A DNA stretch of 64,000 nucleotides, taken from positions 1,984,001-2,048,000 of the forward strand of contig CAWDXG010000001.1 in NCBI GenBank assembly GCA_963806225.1. The letters run 5' to 3'. The position numbers and the translations under genes were made by a program. Below the pieces are notes generated by a model. It was not told the DNA's origin, ran no database searches, and saw nothing but the letters and a program-made list of their open reading frames with translations. Of this stretch, positions 21,616 to 32,961 are shown one piece after another; position 1 is the first letter of the stretch, and every line of letters starts with the position of its first letter. Source of the DNA: an uncultured delta proteobacterium (GTDB taxonomy: Bacteria; Myxococcota_A; Polyangia; Polyangiales; Polyangiaceae).

Positions 21616-22305
21616 GTGTCCAGTCCGGTACATTCCGTCTCCAGCGCCTCGCAGAAGCCCTCCGCGGCTCCCACCCGCAGCCCGCAGCCCGCGAGAAAAG
21701 GCAGTAATCACGGTGGCTTCTCCCACCTGCTCCGGGCGCGCCCAGGTGCTTGCAAGGGTTCCCGGCCGGTCGCCGGGAAGCAGCCCGGCCCTCGTGCGTC
21801 CAGCCAGTCCGGGGCGCGGGGCGCCGGTCTGCGCGCCGGGGGCCCCGGAAAAGAAGCTGCGTGCGTCGCCCCGCCGCCCCGTCCGCTGGACGAGGGCCGC
21901 GAGCGCCACGAGGCGCATCACGCCGACGGCGGCGACGGCCCGCGCGGCGGCGGCTTGCTCGACCCGCTGACCCGCAGCTTCGCGCACGGCCAGATGCACA
22001 TGGCCGCGGCGGCGTCTCCCCCGGCGGCGCTGCCGCCGAACCCGACGCTGGTGCACCTCGACCAGATGATGACGAAGCTCGTGCGCAAGGTGGCGTGGGG
22101 CGGCGACGGGCGGCGCGGCGCGGCTCGCATCGAGCTCGGTGCCGGCGAGCTCGCGGGCGCGACCATCCTCGTCGAGAGCGACAACGGCGCGCTGTCGGTG
22201 GACGTCGAGCTGCCGCCCGGCGCCGCGGCGGACGTGTGGCGCGAGCGCCTCGAGAAGCGGTTCAAGGGTCGCGGCTTCGATCTGGTCGAGCTCAACGTGC
22301 GTTGA
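21616..22305 (+). CDS. Hypothetical protein with a FliK/SctP-like C-terminal domain
   Basis: Disordered N-terminus, then ARIELGAGELAGATILVESDNGALSVDV...LEKRFKGRGFDLVELNVR. Confidence 0.5.
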   Translation: MSSPVHSVSSASQKPSAAPTRSPQPARKGSNHGGFSHLLRARPGACKGSRPVAGKQPGPRASSQSGARGAGLRAGGPGKEAACVAPPPRPLDEGRERHEAHHADGGDGPRGGGLLDPLTRSFAHGQMHMAAAASPPAALPPNPTLVHLDQMMTKLVRKVAWGGDGRRGAARIELGAGELAGATILVESDNGALSVDVELPPGAAADVWRERLEKRFKGRGFDLVELNVR

Positions 22306-23200
22306 AGCCGCGCAGCACAGCGTACAGGGTCGCGTCCCGCCGCTGTCCGAGCGCCACGAGCTGTCCGTCGGCGTCGAGCCAGGCCACGGCGCGGCTGCCC
22401 GGATCGCCGTGGATCGCCTCGGCGTCCTCGCTGAAGTCTGCGGCTTCCAGCTTCTGGCCGAGACGCGCCCGTTTCGCGCCGCGCTCGGTCAGCTGCGTGC
22501 TCGGCAGCGCGCGGCGGGCCGCGTCGGCGACCGGGATGGGCGTTACTACGCCGACAGGTGGCCAGGGCACGGCCTCGTCGATGTGGAAAGGGCCGCTGGA
22601 AAGGCGCCGCAACGCGGACAGATGCGCCGGGACGCCGAGCCGCGCGCCCAGATCGCGTGCCAGCGCGCGCACGTAGTAGCCCTTCGAGACCGTCATCTCG
22701 AGCGTGATGGCGGCGGGTTCGAGCGCCACCAGCTCGAGCTGCTCGACCCGCACCACGCGCGGCGGGAGCTCCACGTGCTCGCCGCGGCGGCTCTTCCGGT
22801 GCGCGCGCTGTCCCGCCACCTTGATAGCGCTGAACACGGGCGGGATCTGCTCCCGTCGTTCCGTTTCCGCCGCGATGGCGGCGAGCACCGCCTCGCGCGT
22901 GGCCGACCCCGGCTCGAGCTCGCGCTCGTCGGTGGTGTCCCCTTCGGCGTCCAGCGTGTCGGTGCTGCGGCCGAGCGCGACGACCGCGCGATAGCGCTTG
23001 TCGTCGAGCGTCAGATGGCCAGAGAGCTTCGTTGCTTCCCCCAGCAGCACGAGCAGCACACCCGTCGCCATCGGGTCCAACGTGCCGGCGTGGCCGGCAT
23101 GCCGCGTGTCGAACAACCGTCGCGCCTGGGCCACCACCTTCTGGCTGGTGGGCCCGCGCGGCTTGTCGACGACCACGACCCCTTCGAGGGAATGCGCCAT
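22292..23200 (-). CDS. truB: tRNA pseudouridine(55) synthase
   Basis: DKPRGPTS, GHAGTLDPMATGVL, PPVFSAIK, SKGYYVRALARD. Confidence 0.96.
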   Translation of the reverse strand: MAHSLEGVVVVDKPRGPTSQKVVAQARRLFDTRHAGHAGTLDPMATGVLLVLLGEATKLSGHLTLDDKRYRAVVALGRSTDTLDAEGDTTDERELEPGSATREAVLAAIAAETERREQIPPVFSAIKVAGQRAHRKSRRGEHVELPPRVVRVEQLELVALEPAAITLEMTVSKGYYVRALARDLGARLGVPAHLSALRRLSSGPFHIDEAVPWPPVGVVTPIPVADAARRALPSTQLTERGAKRARLGQKLEAADFSEDAEAIHGDPGSRAVAWLDADGQLVALGQRRDATLYAVLRGFNAR

Positions 23201-23219
23201 GGCTCTGCGGTCGGCGGAC

Positions 23220-24822
23220 TCAGCCGAACCAGACGCTCTGCCGCTCCCTCAGTGCGTTGTCGAGCATGCGCTGGATGGTCGTGCGCACCTGCTCCGACAG
23301 CCGCCCGACCAGCACGTGATCGTCGGCGGCTTCCGGTCCGTACTCGTCGAAACGGATTGGCTCGCCGAAGCGGATGCGCCACTTGGTAGGCGCGGGCAAA
23401 AGGCCGAGCGGGCCCAGCCACGGGAAGGTGGGCGTGACCGGGATGTAGGGCAGACCGAACGCCCGCGACAGGTACTCGACCCGGTACAGCATCGGATTGG
23501 TCTCTTCCGCTCCGAGGATTGCGCAGGGTACGAGCGGAGTCTGCGTGCGCAGGCACAGGCGGATGTAGCCGCCCCGCCCGAATCGCTGCAGCCGGTAGCG
23601 ATCGCGGTACAGCTTGCCGACGCCTTTGATGCCCTCGGGAAACACACCGACCAGCCGTCCCTGCTTCAGGAGTCGCTCGGCGTTTTCCTGACAGGCGCGG
23701 ACCGCCCCGATGCGGTTCATGAACGCGCCCATGAAGGGCAGGTAGTAGATGAAGTCCTCGGTCAGCCAGCGCAGCTCGCGCGCTGCCGGATGCTCGAGAC
23801 GCACGGCCGTGCGCAGCATCATGCCGTCGAACGGCACCGTTCCCGAGTGGTTGGCGACGACCAGACAGCGGCCCTCTGCGGGGATGCTCTCGACCCCGCG
23901 TGTCTCGCTGCGGAAGTAGCGCTTGTAAAGGAAATCGAACAGCGGCCGGAGCCTCTTTTCGTAGGTGGGGTCCAGCCCGAAGTCGTCGACCTCCTCGGAG
24001 CGGTTGCGCATGCCGATGCGCCCCCACTGCCGGATGTAGTAGTCGCTGGACGAAAGCTCGCGGACAGCGTCCACGACGCCGCCGTCGTCGCTGCCTGGTC
24101 GTTCAAGCGGTAGCGGCGCGGAAAGTCGATCCACGACCGCGCGCGCCGCGCTGCCCACCTGTTCGCGGATCGAGGGTGGCGGCTCGCTCTCGTCATCGCG
24201 CGGTCCGCCCGCGCGGCGGATCATTCCGTCGAGCCGCGCCTCCAGCGCGCGGATCTGCGCCTCGACTTCCTGTTGCGTGAGCTCGAAGTTGCCCGTGTCG
24301 GCCGGTCCGGGCGGCTCGCTCGGCGGCGCGACGTCCTCGCCGTACGCCATCACCGGCGGGACGATCCGCGACCCGATGCCGAGCGCGTGCGGGTCCTCCG
24401 CGTCTTCGTAGCGCGCGCGGCGGCCGCTGCGCGCGGGGCGCTCGGCAGCCTCCGGCGAGCTCGCTTCCGGCGTCTGCTCCGGCTTGTCCGGCTTGTCCCC
24501 GGGCGCTGCCGTCTGCTCCCGCTTGTCCCCGGTGGTCTTGTTCTTCGCTGTCCTGCGCGACGCAGTCCGCTGCTCGCTGTCACTGCGCGTCTTCGCGGCT
24601 GCGCGCTTCCTGGGGGTGCGGCGGGTGCGCGCTTTCTTCTTCGCCGGCTTCTTCGGCGGCGTCGCTTCCTCCTTGCCCTGCGGCTCGCCGCCGCTCGCTT
24701 GTGCGTCGCGCCGCCGCTTCGCGGGCGACGCGCTTCGGCCGGCTCGACCGGCCGGCGTCCGCCGCAGCGTCGCTGTCCGGCGCGACCGGGTCCTTGTCCT
24801 TGTCGGGGGGCTTCGCGGTCAC
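23220..24822 (-). CDS. Lysophospholipid (PlsC-like) acyltransferase with long basic N-terminal extension (one frameshift)
   Basis: NHSGTVPFD (HxxxxD), VFPEG; the frame stays open upstream of 24353, and a GTG at 24822 overlaps the epimerase stop. Confidence 0.8.
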
Positions 24823-25915
24823 GCTGGCGTCTCCGAGAGTAGCTTCGCGTCGCGCAGGTGCTGCGCGCTGGCGTAGTCGATGAGCGCTTCGCGCGTCGTG
24901 TACACCGGGGAAAATCCCATCACCTTGCGCGCGTGCTCTCCGTCCGCGACGCACAGATACTGGAAGTAGTCGATGAACGAAGGCGGCGCCTCGGCCAGCT
25001 GTGCGAGCCAGAGCGCGCTCGCGATGGGCTGGTACACGCGAGCGTGGCAGCGGGATGCCGACGCGCCCTGCAAGCTTGATGGTCGTGCTGAGCGGCAGCA
25101 CGCCCTCGCCGACGATGTTGAAGATGCCGGGCGTATCGCGGTCGATGGCCAGCTTGAACGCCGCGATGGCGTCCGCCTCGTGCACGAACTGCCAGAGCGG
25201 ATCGAAGCCGAGCACCGTGGGTACGATACGCCGGCTGAGGTAGCGGGTGAGATAGTTGTCTACAGTCGGGCCCAGGATCGGCGCCGTCCTGCAGGATCGT
25301 GACGACACGTCCCTTGCCGGGCCTTCCGAAGCGCAGCGCGTCGTTTTCCGCTTCGATCTTGTCGGCAAAGAACGGCTCCTCGCGCCGGGCGCGGAGCGGA
25401 TGCTTCTCGGTGAGGAAGTTCGGGTTGGTCGGGTGCGCGCCGTACAGCACGGTCTGGCTCCACATGACCAGCTTGTGCACGCGCGCCCGCCGGCAGGCGT
25501 TGAGCACGTGCATCGTGCCGACGCTTTCCAGCTCGTGCGCCCATCCCGCCGAGTGGGTCGGCGACGCGAGAAAGGCCAGGTGCGCCAGCGTGTCGACGCC
25601 CTCTGCCGCGAAGATCTCGGCGAGACGCTCCTCGGTGGCAGGCTGGGTCAGGTCGATGTCGTAGAGCCGCGTCCTCGCCCCGGCGGTGGGGGGCGTCTTC
25701 ACGTCCAGGCTGACGATGCGGCGGACGCGCGGATCTTCCTCGAGAAGACCGATAAGGTTCTGTCCGACGAAGGAGCTGGCGCCGGTCACGGCAACCACGC
25801 GTCCTTCGCGTCCGCGGCTCACCTCGCGCGAGCCGCTGCGCGCGAGCGATCCGCGCGTCCCGCCCCCGGAACCCTGTGCAGCTTCGGCGGATCCGCCTTT
25901 TCGCCGGCTAGCCAT
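24819..25915 (-). CDS. NAD-dependent epimerase/dehydratase (frameshifted)
   Basis: VAVTGASSFVG, HLAF, YGAHPTNP, LGFDPLWQFVHE. Confidence 0.85.
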
Positions 25916-26159
25916 GGTCGCCGAGAAAGTAATGACAGCCCGTGGCAAATTGAAAGGCGATTGTCACGCCGTGCGCCTGGATGCCCTGCCGGCCCGCAAA
26001 TCACGGTACTGTCGCGGCCGCTTCGAGCCGGCAGGTCCGGTCGATGTAGGTTGTGGTGCGACGCTGTCCCCCTGATGATAATCCACGGCCCGGCCGCCCA
26101 CGGACACACAAGGGGATGAGTCTGTCGCCACTGGTGCGTTTGCGCTATTGTAGTGGCAG

Positions 26160-28235
26160 ATGGCCGGTCTTTGCGTCGCCTCGGGTCACCGGCTCGGTCC
26201 CTACGAGCTCGGCGAACGCCTCGGTGCTGGAGGCATGGCGGAAGTCTACGTCGCACGACGCGCCGGTCCGCACGGTTTCGCGAAGCGTTTCGCGATCAAG
26301 CGCATCCTGCCGCAGCTGTCGCGCGACTCGCGATTCGTGGCGATGTTCTGCGACGAGGCGCGCATCTGCGCTGCGCTTTCCCATCCGAACATCGTCCAGG
26401 TCGTCGATTTCGGGGAGCACGACGGCGAGCTGTTCATGGCGATGGAGTACGTGGACGGTATCTCCGGAGCCAGGCTGCTCCGCTCCGTCGCGTCGCGCGG
26501 CGAACGTTTCCCGCTCGGAGCTTCGCTGTTCATCGCGCACGAGATCCTGCGCGCGCTCGTCGTTCGCGCACGAGGCCCGCGACGAGGAGGGTCGCTCGTT
26601 CGGCATCGTGCACCGCGACGTCTCCCCCGGCAATATCCTGATCGGTCGCGCCGGAGAGGTGAAGCTCACCGACTTCGGCATCGTGCGCAGCGCGTTCGTC
26701 GACCGCCGCACCTATCCCGGCGAGCTCAAGGGCAAGATGGGCTACATGTCGCCCGAACAGGTGATTGGCGCGGAGGTGGATGCGCGCAGCGATCTGTTTG
26801 CGGTCGGCATCGTGCTGGCCGAGATGCTGCTCGCGCGCCCGCTCTTCCCGGGGCGCAACGAGCTGGACATCCTCACCCGCATCCACGAGGCCGACCTGCG
26901 CGTGCTCGAGCGCTACGGCGACGACCTGCCGCCGGATCTCGTCGCCGTGCTGCGCACCGCGCTCGCCCGCGATCGCATCCGCACGCTTCCAGTCGGCGCG
27001 CGATTTCGCCGATGCGCTCCGGGCGCGTGGCGCGCCGCGCAGGGCGTGGCGCTCACCGACGCCGATCTGGTTCCGTGGCTGTCGAGCCTGGGCGTCCTGC
27101 CGTCGCAGAGCGGCATGCACGAGGCCAGCACGCTCACGGGCGGCGCTGCGCCGGACCGGGCGCGGCGCAAGGCCGCGCGCATCGCCGCGGCCGCGCGCAA
27201 CGCCAGCGCCAGGCTCGCGGCCGTACACCCGCTCCACGAGCCCGCTCCGCGCAGCGACGCGCCCGCGGTCGAGTCGTCGCGCTACCACGTGCGCATGGGC
27301 GCCGGCGCGCTGCTCGGTCCGCTGTCGCTTGCCGCAGGTGCTCGAGCTCGTCGCCACCGGCCGCCTCGCCCCGGAGACGCTGGTCAGCGAGGACGGCGAC
27401 GGCTTCCGCCCCGCCCGGCAGATCGAAGCGCTCGCCTTCCTCACGTCGCGGCCCGCCTACCGCTTCAGCGTGCCGGACGCGGCGAGCGCCCGCTGGCATA
27501 GCCAGCTCGACCGCGCCCAGCTGCCCGCGCTGCTCTTCGATCTGGTGCTGCGTCGCGAGACCGGCGTACTGGTCGCGAAGAGCAGCCGCCGCCAGAAGCG
27601 CATCTACTTCGACGACGGCGCTGTGCGCTTCATCAGCTCGACGGATCGCGGCGAGCTGCTCGGGACGCGGCTGGTCCACGCCGGGTTGGCGTCGAAGGCG
27701 GAAGTGGAACGCGCGCTCGTCGAGTGTAGCGAGCGCGGCCAGGGTCACCTGGGCGAGGCTCTGGTCGATATCGGCGCGCTCAGGCCGATGTCGCTGCTCC
27801 GGGCGCTCGTCGAACAGGTCGAGGCGAGGTTCGACGATCTGCTTCGGTGGACCGAAGGCGAGCTGTGGTTCGTGCGCGGCGAGCAGGCGGGAGAGGATCG
27901 CATCCGCGCCCAGATGCCGTCGGCCGAGTTGCTCACCCGTGCCGTGCGCGCCGGCTACGGCGAGCGCGAGCTGCTCGCATTCCTCGGGCCCCGGCGCGCC
28001 GAGCCGATCGCGCGCGTTCCCGGCGCCCGCATCACGCCGGCGCGCCTCGCGCTGCCGATCGCGGAGCGGCGCGCGCTGGAGCTTGCCGGAGGCTCGCCTT
28101 CGCTGGAGGCGCTGGTGGCGCGTCTGGCTGCCGACAGACGTCGCGACGCCGGAGCAGGCGCTCAGGGCGGTCTTCGTCGGTCTCTCGGCAGGGCTCATCG
28201 CCATGCCCGGCTGGCGCGTCCGCTCGGCGCTCTAG
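26160..28235 (+). CDS. Ser/Thr protein kinase with DUF4388-like C-terminal region (frameshifted)
   Basis: LGAGGMAEVY, AIKRILP, HRDVSPGN, DFG, YMSPEQ; RETGVL...KRIYFDDG. Confidence 0.85.
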   Translation: MAGLCVASGHRLGPYELGERLGAGGMAEVYVARRAGPHGFAKRFAIKRILPQLSRDSRFVAMFCDEARICAALSHPNIVQVVDFGEHDGELFMAMEYVDGISGARLLRSVASRGERFPLGASLFIAHEILRALVVRARGPRRGGSLVRHRAPRRLPRQYPDRSRRRGEAHRLRHRAQRVRRPPHLSRRAQGQDGLHVARTGDWRGGGCAQRSVCGRHRAGRDAARAPALPGAQRAGHPHPHPRGRPARARALRRRPAAGSRRRAAHRARPRSHPHASSRRAISPMRSGRVARRAGRGAHRRRSGSVAVEPGRPAVAERHARGQHAHGRRCAGPGAAQGRAHRRGRAQRQRQARGRTPAPRARSAQRRARGRVVALPRAHGRRRAARSAVACRRCSSSSPPAASPRRRWSARTATASAPPGRSKRSPSSRRGPPTASACRTRRAPAGIASSTAPSCPRCSSIWCCVARPAYWSRRAAAARSASTSTTALCASSARRIAASCSGRGWSTPGWRRRRKWNARSSSVASAARVTWARLWSISARSGRCRCSGRSSNRSRRGSTICFGGPKASCGSCAASRRERIASAPRCRRPSCSPVPCAPATASASCSHSSGPGAPSRSRAFPAPASRRRASRCRSRSGARWSLPEARLRWRRWWRVWLPTDVATPEQALRAVFVGLSAGLIAMPGWRVRSAL

Positions 28236-28257
28236 CGCTCGGGAGCCGGCGCTCCGG

Positions 28258-30042
28258 CTACGAGCGCGACGAGGGCGGACCGGTGGGCCCGAGGCTCCGG
28301 CTGTCTGGCGGCCGATTGCTCAGCGTCCGCACGGAGTTCGGCGGGCTGGAATCGGCGCTGCCGGGTTCGAGGCTCTCGCGCAGATCGCCGATGCCGACGG
28401 GCTTGAACAGCGTGCGGCAGCCCGAGCGCTTGATGTAGTCGGCCTCGCTCTTGCTGAGTCCGCCGCCGGTGACGAAGACGAAGCGCCGGGCCAGCTCGGG
28501 CCGCGAGCTGGCGACGCGCGCGTGCAGCGCGTTGCCGTTCGCTCCCGGCAGGAACACGTCGCACAGCACTACGTCGGGCGTCCACTCCGGATCGAGCAGG
28601 GCGAACTCGGCTTCGGACGCTGTGGCTGCAGTGCGCACGTCGTGCGGGCGGAGAGCGCGGCGGATGGAGCGCGAGAACACCGGGTCGTCGTCGACCACCA
28701 GCACGCGTCGCGGAGCGACCGGCAGCGGCTCGGGCACTGGCTCCGGCTGCACGGGAGCGACGGGGTGCACGCCGCTGCTGTCGTCGGTGCGCGGCAGGAG
28801 CACGCGGAACGTCGCTCCGCCCTCGGGGCGGTTCTGCACCTCGATGTGGCCGCCGTGCGCCGACACCACGTCGCTGCAGATCTTCAGTCCGAGGCCGGTT
28901 CCCTTGCCGCGCTGCTTGGTGCGTGTAGAAGGGCTCGAAGATCATGCGCACTGCGTCGTCCGGCACGCCCGGCCCCGTGTCCTCGACCACGAGTACGACG
29001 TGATCGTCTTCGCTGCTGGGCGCGGACGCTGATCTGCGGGTGCTCGTCGCCCGTGTTCTCGCAGGCGTCGGCGGCGTTGAACACCAGGTTCAGCACGACC
29101 TGCCCCAGGTTGTCGCGGCGGCCGGTGGTGAAGCAGTCCGGGTCGAGCTGCTCGATGAGGGTGATGCCGCGGTGCTCGAGGTGCGGGCGTGCGACGGAGA
29201 GCGATTCGCGCACCACCGTGCCCAGGTCGAGCTCCTCCGGCTCGCTGTCGCGGCGGCTCAGAGTCGACAGCTGTTCGGTGGTGTCGCGCATGCGGGCTAC
29301 CGCGGCTTCGATGTCGTTGGTCAGCTCGTCGAGCTCGGCGACGGTGCCGCCGAGCGCGCTGTCGCTGGAGCCGCCCAGGACCGTCAGCTGTTCCAGAAGG
29401 CGCCGCTGCTCGTCGAGCTGCAGCACCAGCGCGCCCACCGGCCCGCGCAGCTCGTGCGCGACGCTCGCCGTGAGCAGGCCCAGACTGGCCATGCGCCCGG
29501 CTTCCTCGATCTCGTCGCGCTGGAGCCGCTCGCGTTCCAGCCTGCGATCGCGATCGAGAGCGAGCGCCAGCATGTGGGCAACCGTCTCGGCGAAGGTTGC
29601 CGCCTCGTCATCCAGCCCCGAGCGCTTGGCGAACAGCAGCAAGAGCGCGCCGAGCGGACTGCGACGGTGCTCGATGGGCACCGCCAGCACCGCCGTGTAG
29701 CCGATCGCACTGAGCTCGCCCGCGTCGGCGATCTGCGACTTTTCGCTGCGGACGTCCGCGAGCCACAGCGGGCGGCGTCCGGTCGCCGCGCGTTCCGCGA
29801 TCGAGCGCAGGAGCGCGCGGATCCGCGAGCGGTCGCCCACGGTAGCGCCGAAGCCCGCGCTCGGCGACCTGGTCGAGCGCGTCGTGGCCGGTCACGGCGA
29901 ATGCGGCGCCGGCCTCCGCCGCCGAGGCGTCCAGCAACAGGTCGAGCGCGTCGCCGAGCACACCGCCGCTCGACTCGCCGGCTAGGCGCGTCGCCAGGAT
30001 GAGCAGGGACTCGAGCCGTCGCAGGCGCAGCGTGCTGGACAT
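28258..30042 (-). CDS. Hybrid sensor histidine kinase, GAF-HisKA-HATPase-REC (frameshifted)
   Basis: [42 protein letters not shown]. Confidence 0.85.
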
Positions 30043-30082
30043 GGGATGACGCGCCGCCTCGACCCACGGCGCATCTTCCACA

Positions 30083-30697
30083 CTATCTGGATTCTCGACT
30101 GGATGCTACGGGCGTGAGTTCCCGGCGCAGCACCGGATACGGCTTGAAATCGAACACCTCGCGGAAGCCGGCATCCGTCAACGTTCCGACCGGTCCGGTC
30201 CACATCTCGTGCGCCGACAGCGCGTCACCGCGGCGCGGGAACGCCTCGATCGCCCGCGCTCCCCAGCGCGGGGCGAGCTCCACCGCGGCGTCGACCAGCG
30301 CCCGCGCGACCCCGCGTCGTCTCCACGCCTCGTCCACGAGGAAACAGCCGATGGTGAACACGCCGCTGCGCTCGCCTTCGAAACAGGGGAGCCCACGATA
30401 TAGCCGCTGGGCGTAGAGTTTCTGCATGACGCTGGCCGGGGCGAGCTTCATCCAGCCCACGATCTGGCCGTCGCCGAGCGCGACAAGGCCGCGCGCTTCG
30501 TCCGAGCGCCCGGCGAGCCGCCCGGACAGCTCGCGGCGGCTCTCCGCGGATGCGTTCGCGCAGCGGTCCTCCCAGGCGTTCTTGTCGCCTTCGAAATGCC
30601 ACCAGCGGCAGAAACACGGCGAATCGTTGCGCTCGAACAGGGCCGAGAGCCCTGCAGCGTGCTCCGGGCCGGCCGCTTCGACCTCGACGCCGCTCAC
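30083..30697 (-). CDS. GNAT-family acetyltransferase
   Basis: CFCRWW, CFLVDEAWRRRGVARALV, IEAFP; GTGA overlap with gatA. Confidence 0.85.
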   Translation of the reverse strand: MSGVEVEAAGPEHAAGLSALFERNDSPCFCRWWHFEGDKNAWEDRCANASAESRRELSGRLAGRSDEARGLVALGDGQIVGWMKLAPASVMQKLYAQRLYRGLPCFEGERSGVFTIGCFLVDEAWRRRGVARALVDAAVELAPRWGARAIEAFPRRGDALSAHEMWTGPVGTLTDAGFREVFDFKPYPVLRRELTPVASSRESR

Positions 30698-32181
30698 CGT
30701 GCGGGCCTCCGGGGCGGACACAGCGCCTCGTGCGCCGAAGCCAGCGTGAACAGCCGTTCCTCGGCGAAGGCAGGAGCCAGGAGCTGCAGCCCCGTGGGCA
30801 GCTCGGGGCGGTCGGCCTTCGCCGGCACCGGGCGGCACGGCACGCTCAGGCCCGCGATGCCCGCCAGGCTCGCAGGCAGCGTGTACACGTCCGCCAGGTA
30901 CATCGCCAGGGGGTCCTCGACGCGCTCGCCGAGCTTGAACGCCGGCACGGGGCTGGTGGGTGCTGCCAGCACGTCCACTGCCTCGAACGCGCGGTCGAAG
31001 TCCTGCTTGACCAGCGTGCGCGCGCGCTGCGCCTTCAGGTAGTACGCGTCGTAATAGCCGGCGCTCAGCACGTAGGTGCCGAGCAGGATGCGGCGCTTGA
31101 CCTCGGCGCCGAAGCCGGCGTCGCGCGTGGCGCCGTACATCGCGGAGAGATCGCCTGCCGGCGGCTCGACGCGCAGCCCGAACCGCACCCCGTCGAAGCG
31201 TGCCAGGTTGCTCGAGGCTTCCGCCGTCGCGACGATGTAGTACGTCGCCACGCCATAGCGCGTGTGCGGCATCTTCACGGGGTGGATTTCGCAGCCCTCG
31301 CGCTCGAGCGCGGCGATCGCATCGCGCACGCTCCGTTCCACGTCCGGGTCGAGTCCCTCGCCGAAGTACTCCTCCGGCACGCCGATGCGCAGGCCCTTGA
31401 TTTCGCGGCCGCAGGCGGCCTCGTAGTCGCCGACCGCGGCGGTCGCGCAGGTGGAGTCGTGCGGATCGCCGCCCGCGATCGCGCCGAGCAGGCGCGCCGC
31501 GCTCTTCGTGTCCCGCGCGATGGGTCCGACCTGGTCGAGGCTGGACGCGAAGGCGACCAGGCCGTAGCGCGACACGCGGCCGTAGCTCGGCTTGACGCCG
31601 ACCACGCCCGTGAGCGCCGCCGGCTGGCGTATCGAGCCGCCCGTGTCGCTGCCCAGCGCGCCGGGGGTCATGCCCGCGGCAACCGCCACGGCGCTTCCGC
31701 CGCTCGAGCCGCCCGGAATGCGCTCCGGATCCCAGGGATTCCTCGCGGGGCCGAAGGCGCTGTTCTCGTTCGACGAGCCCATCGCGAACTCGTCCATGTT
31801 CGTCTTGCCGACCATCAGTGCGCCGGCCGCCCTGAGCCGCTCCACCACCGTCGCGTCGTAGGGCGGCTGCCAGCCGCGCCCGTCGCGGCGCGCCAGGATG
31901 CGTGAGCCTGCCGTGGTGGGCGCGTCGCGCGTGCACAGGGCGTCCTTCACCGCGATCGGCACGCCGCCCAGGGGACCGAGCGGCACGCCGCGGCGCCGTC
32001 GCGCGTCCACTTCACGAGCCGCTTCCAGCGCGGAGTCGCGCGCCACGTGCAGGAACGCGCCCAGCTCTGCTCCGGCGTCGATGGCGTCCAGACTCGCCCG
32101 GGCCAGCTCCTCCGCACTCGCTTCGCCGCTCTGGACGGCCGCGGCCATCCCGGCGATGCCGAGCTCCAGAAGCTCGCTCAT
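30694..32181 (-). CDS. gatA: Asp/Glu-tRNA amidotransferase subunit A
   Basis: GKTNMDEFAMGSS, PGGSSGGS, LGSDTGGSIRQPA, SSNLARFDG, EVKRRILLGTY. Confidence 0.97.
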   Translation of the reverse strand: MSELLELGIAGMAAAVQSGEASAEELARASLDAIDAGAELGAFLHVARDSALEAAREVDARRRRGVPLGPLGGVPIAVKDALCTRDAPTTAGSRILARRDGRGWQPPYDATVVERLRAAGALMVGKTNMDEFAMGSSNENSAFGPARNPWDPERIPGGSSGGSAVAVAAGMTPGALGSDTGGSIRQPAALTGVVGVKPSYGRVSRYGLVAFASSLDQVGPIARDTKSAARLLGAIAGGDPHDSTCATAAVGDYEAACGREIKGLRIGVPEEYFGEGLDPDVERSVRDAIAALEREGCEIHPVKMPHTRYGVATYYIVATAEASSNLARFDGVRFGLRVEPPAGDLSAMYGATRDAGFGAEVKRRILLGTYVLSAGYYDAYYLKAQRARTLVKQDFDRAFEAVDVLAAPTSPVPAFKLGERVEDPLAMYLADVYTLPASLAGIAGLSVPCRPVPAKADRPELPTGLQLLAPAFAEERLFTLASAHEALCPPRRPAR

Positions 32182-32212
32182 CCGGCTGCCTCGCCCACGG
32201 AATCAGCCGGGC

Positions 32213-32506
32213 TCATGACTCGTCCACGAACGCCGGTACGGCGAAGCTGCCGTCGCTGGTCCGTGGCGCCTCCGCCAGCGCCTCGTCCGCCGAGAGCCCC
32301 CGCGCGGGCTCGTCCGCTCTGAGCGGCGCGCCCTCGACGGCGATCTGCGCCGTGGCGGGCACCTGGCTCGTGTCGAGCTCGCCCAGCTGCGCCACGTAGT
32401 CGAGGATGCCGCCCAGATCGCGGATCATCCGCTCCACCTCGTCGTCGCCGAGCTCCAGCCGCGCCAGCTGGGCCACGTGCAGCACGTCCTGTCGTGAGAT
32501 CGCCAT
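32213..32506 (-). CDS. gatC: Asp/Glu-tRNA amidotransferase subunit C
   Basis: MAISRQDVLHVAQLARLEL...LRADE...FAVP. Confidence 0.95.
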   Translation of the reverse strand: MAISRQDVLHVAQLARLELGDDEVERMIRDLGGILDYVAQLGELDTSQVPATAQIAVEGAPLRADEPARGLSADEALAEAPRTSDGSFAVPAFVDES

Positions 32507-32564
32507 CGCCGGGGCGCGGAGCCTAGAACAGCCGCCCGGGGCCTGCCAGTCGGGTCCGTTCCGG

Positions 32565-32680
32565 GTGGCGGGCCCCCGGCCGGGTGCTTGCGCCCGGCCT
32601 TGGTGGGCCCGCGCCGCGCGCAGCCCGCAGGGCGAGCACGGCGCTCCGCGAAGCGGCGCTTGGCGCGGGGGGCATCCCGC
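32565..32680 (+). repeat. Structured ~115-nt dispersed element, copy 1
   Basis: Colinear similarity to 40432-40543 with pairing-preserving substitutions. Confidence 0.75.
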
Positions 32681-32717
32681 TGGTGGGCAAGTTGAAGCTG
32701 GGTCTCGGAAAGGCCCG
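32670..32717 (-). repeat. Degenerate copy of the 46-bp palindromic element
   Basis: Minus strand CGGGCCTTT-N7-CCAG-CTTCAA-CTTG-N7-GCGGGATGCCC. Confidence 0.6.
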
Positions 32718-32961
32718 AGGAGATGAGCTTGCGCTTCAAAAAAGGTGCTCCAAGTGTTGGAATGGGCGTCGGAAATCTGGATCATTCGAGCGCGACGGCG
32801 AGCGTGAGCGATTCCGGGTCTACTGCAGCCGCTGGAAACGGGGCGGGTGCGACGTTTCCAGGCCGCGGTCCGGGGTCTGGTGGCGGCGGGCGGTGGGCGG
32901 ACCTATGCACAGCGGAATTCCGGCTGTTTCGGATTCGGTTCCGGTCGACTAGAAAGTGCGC

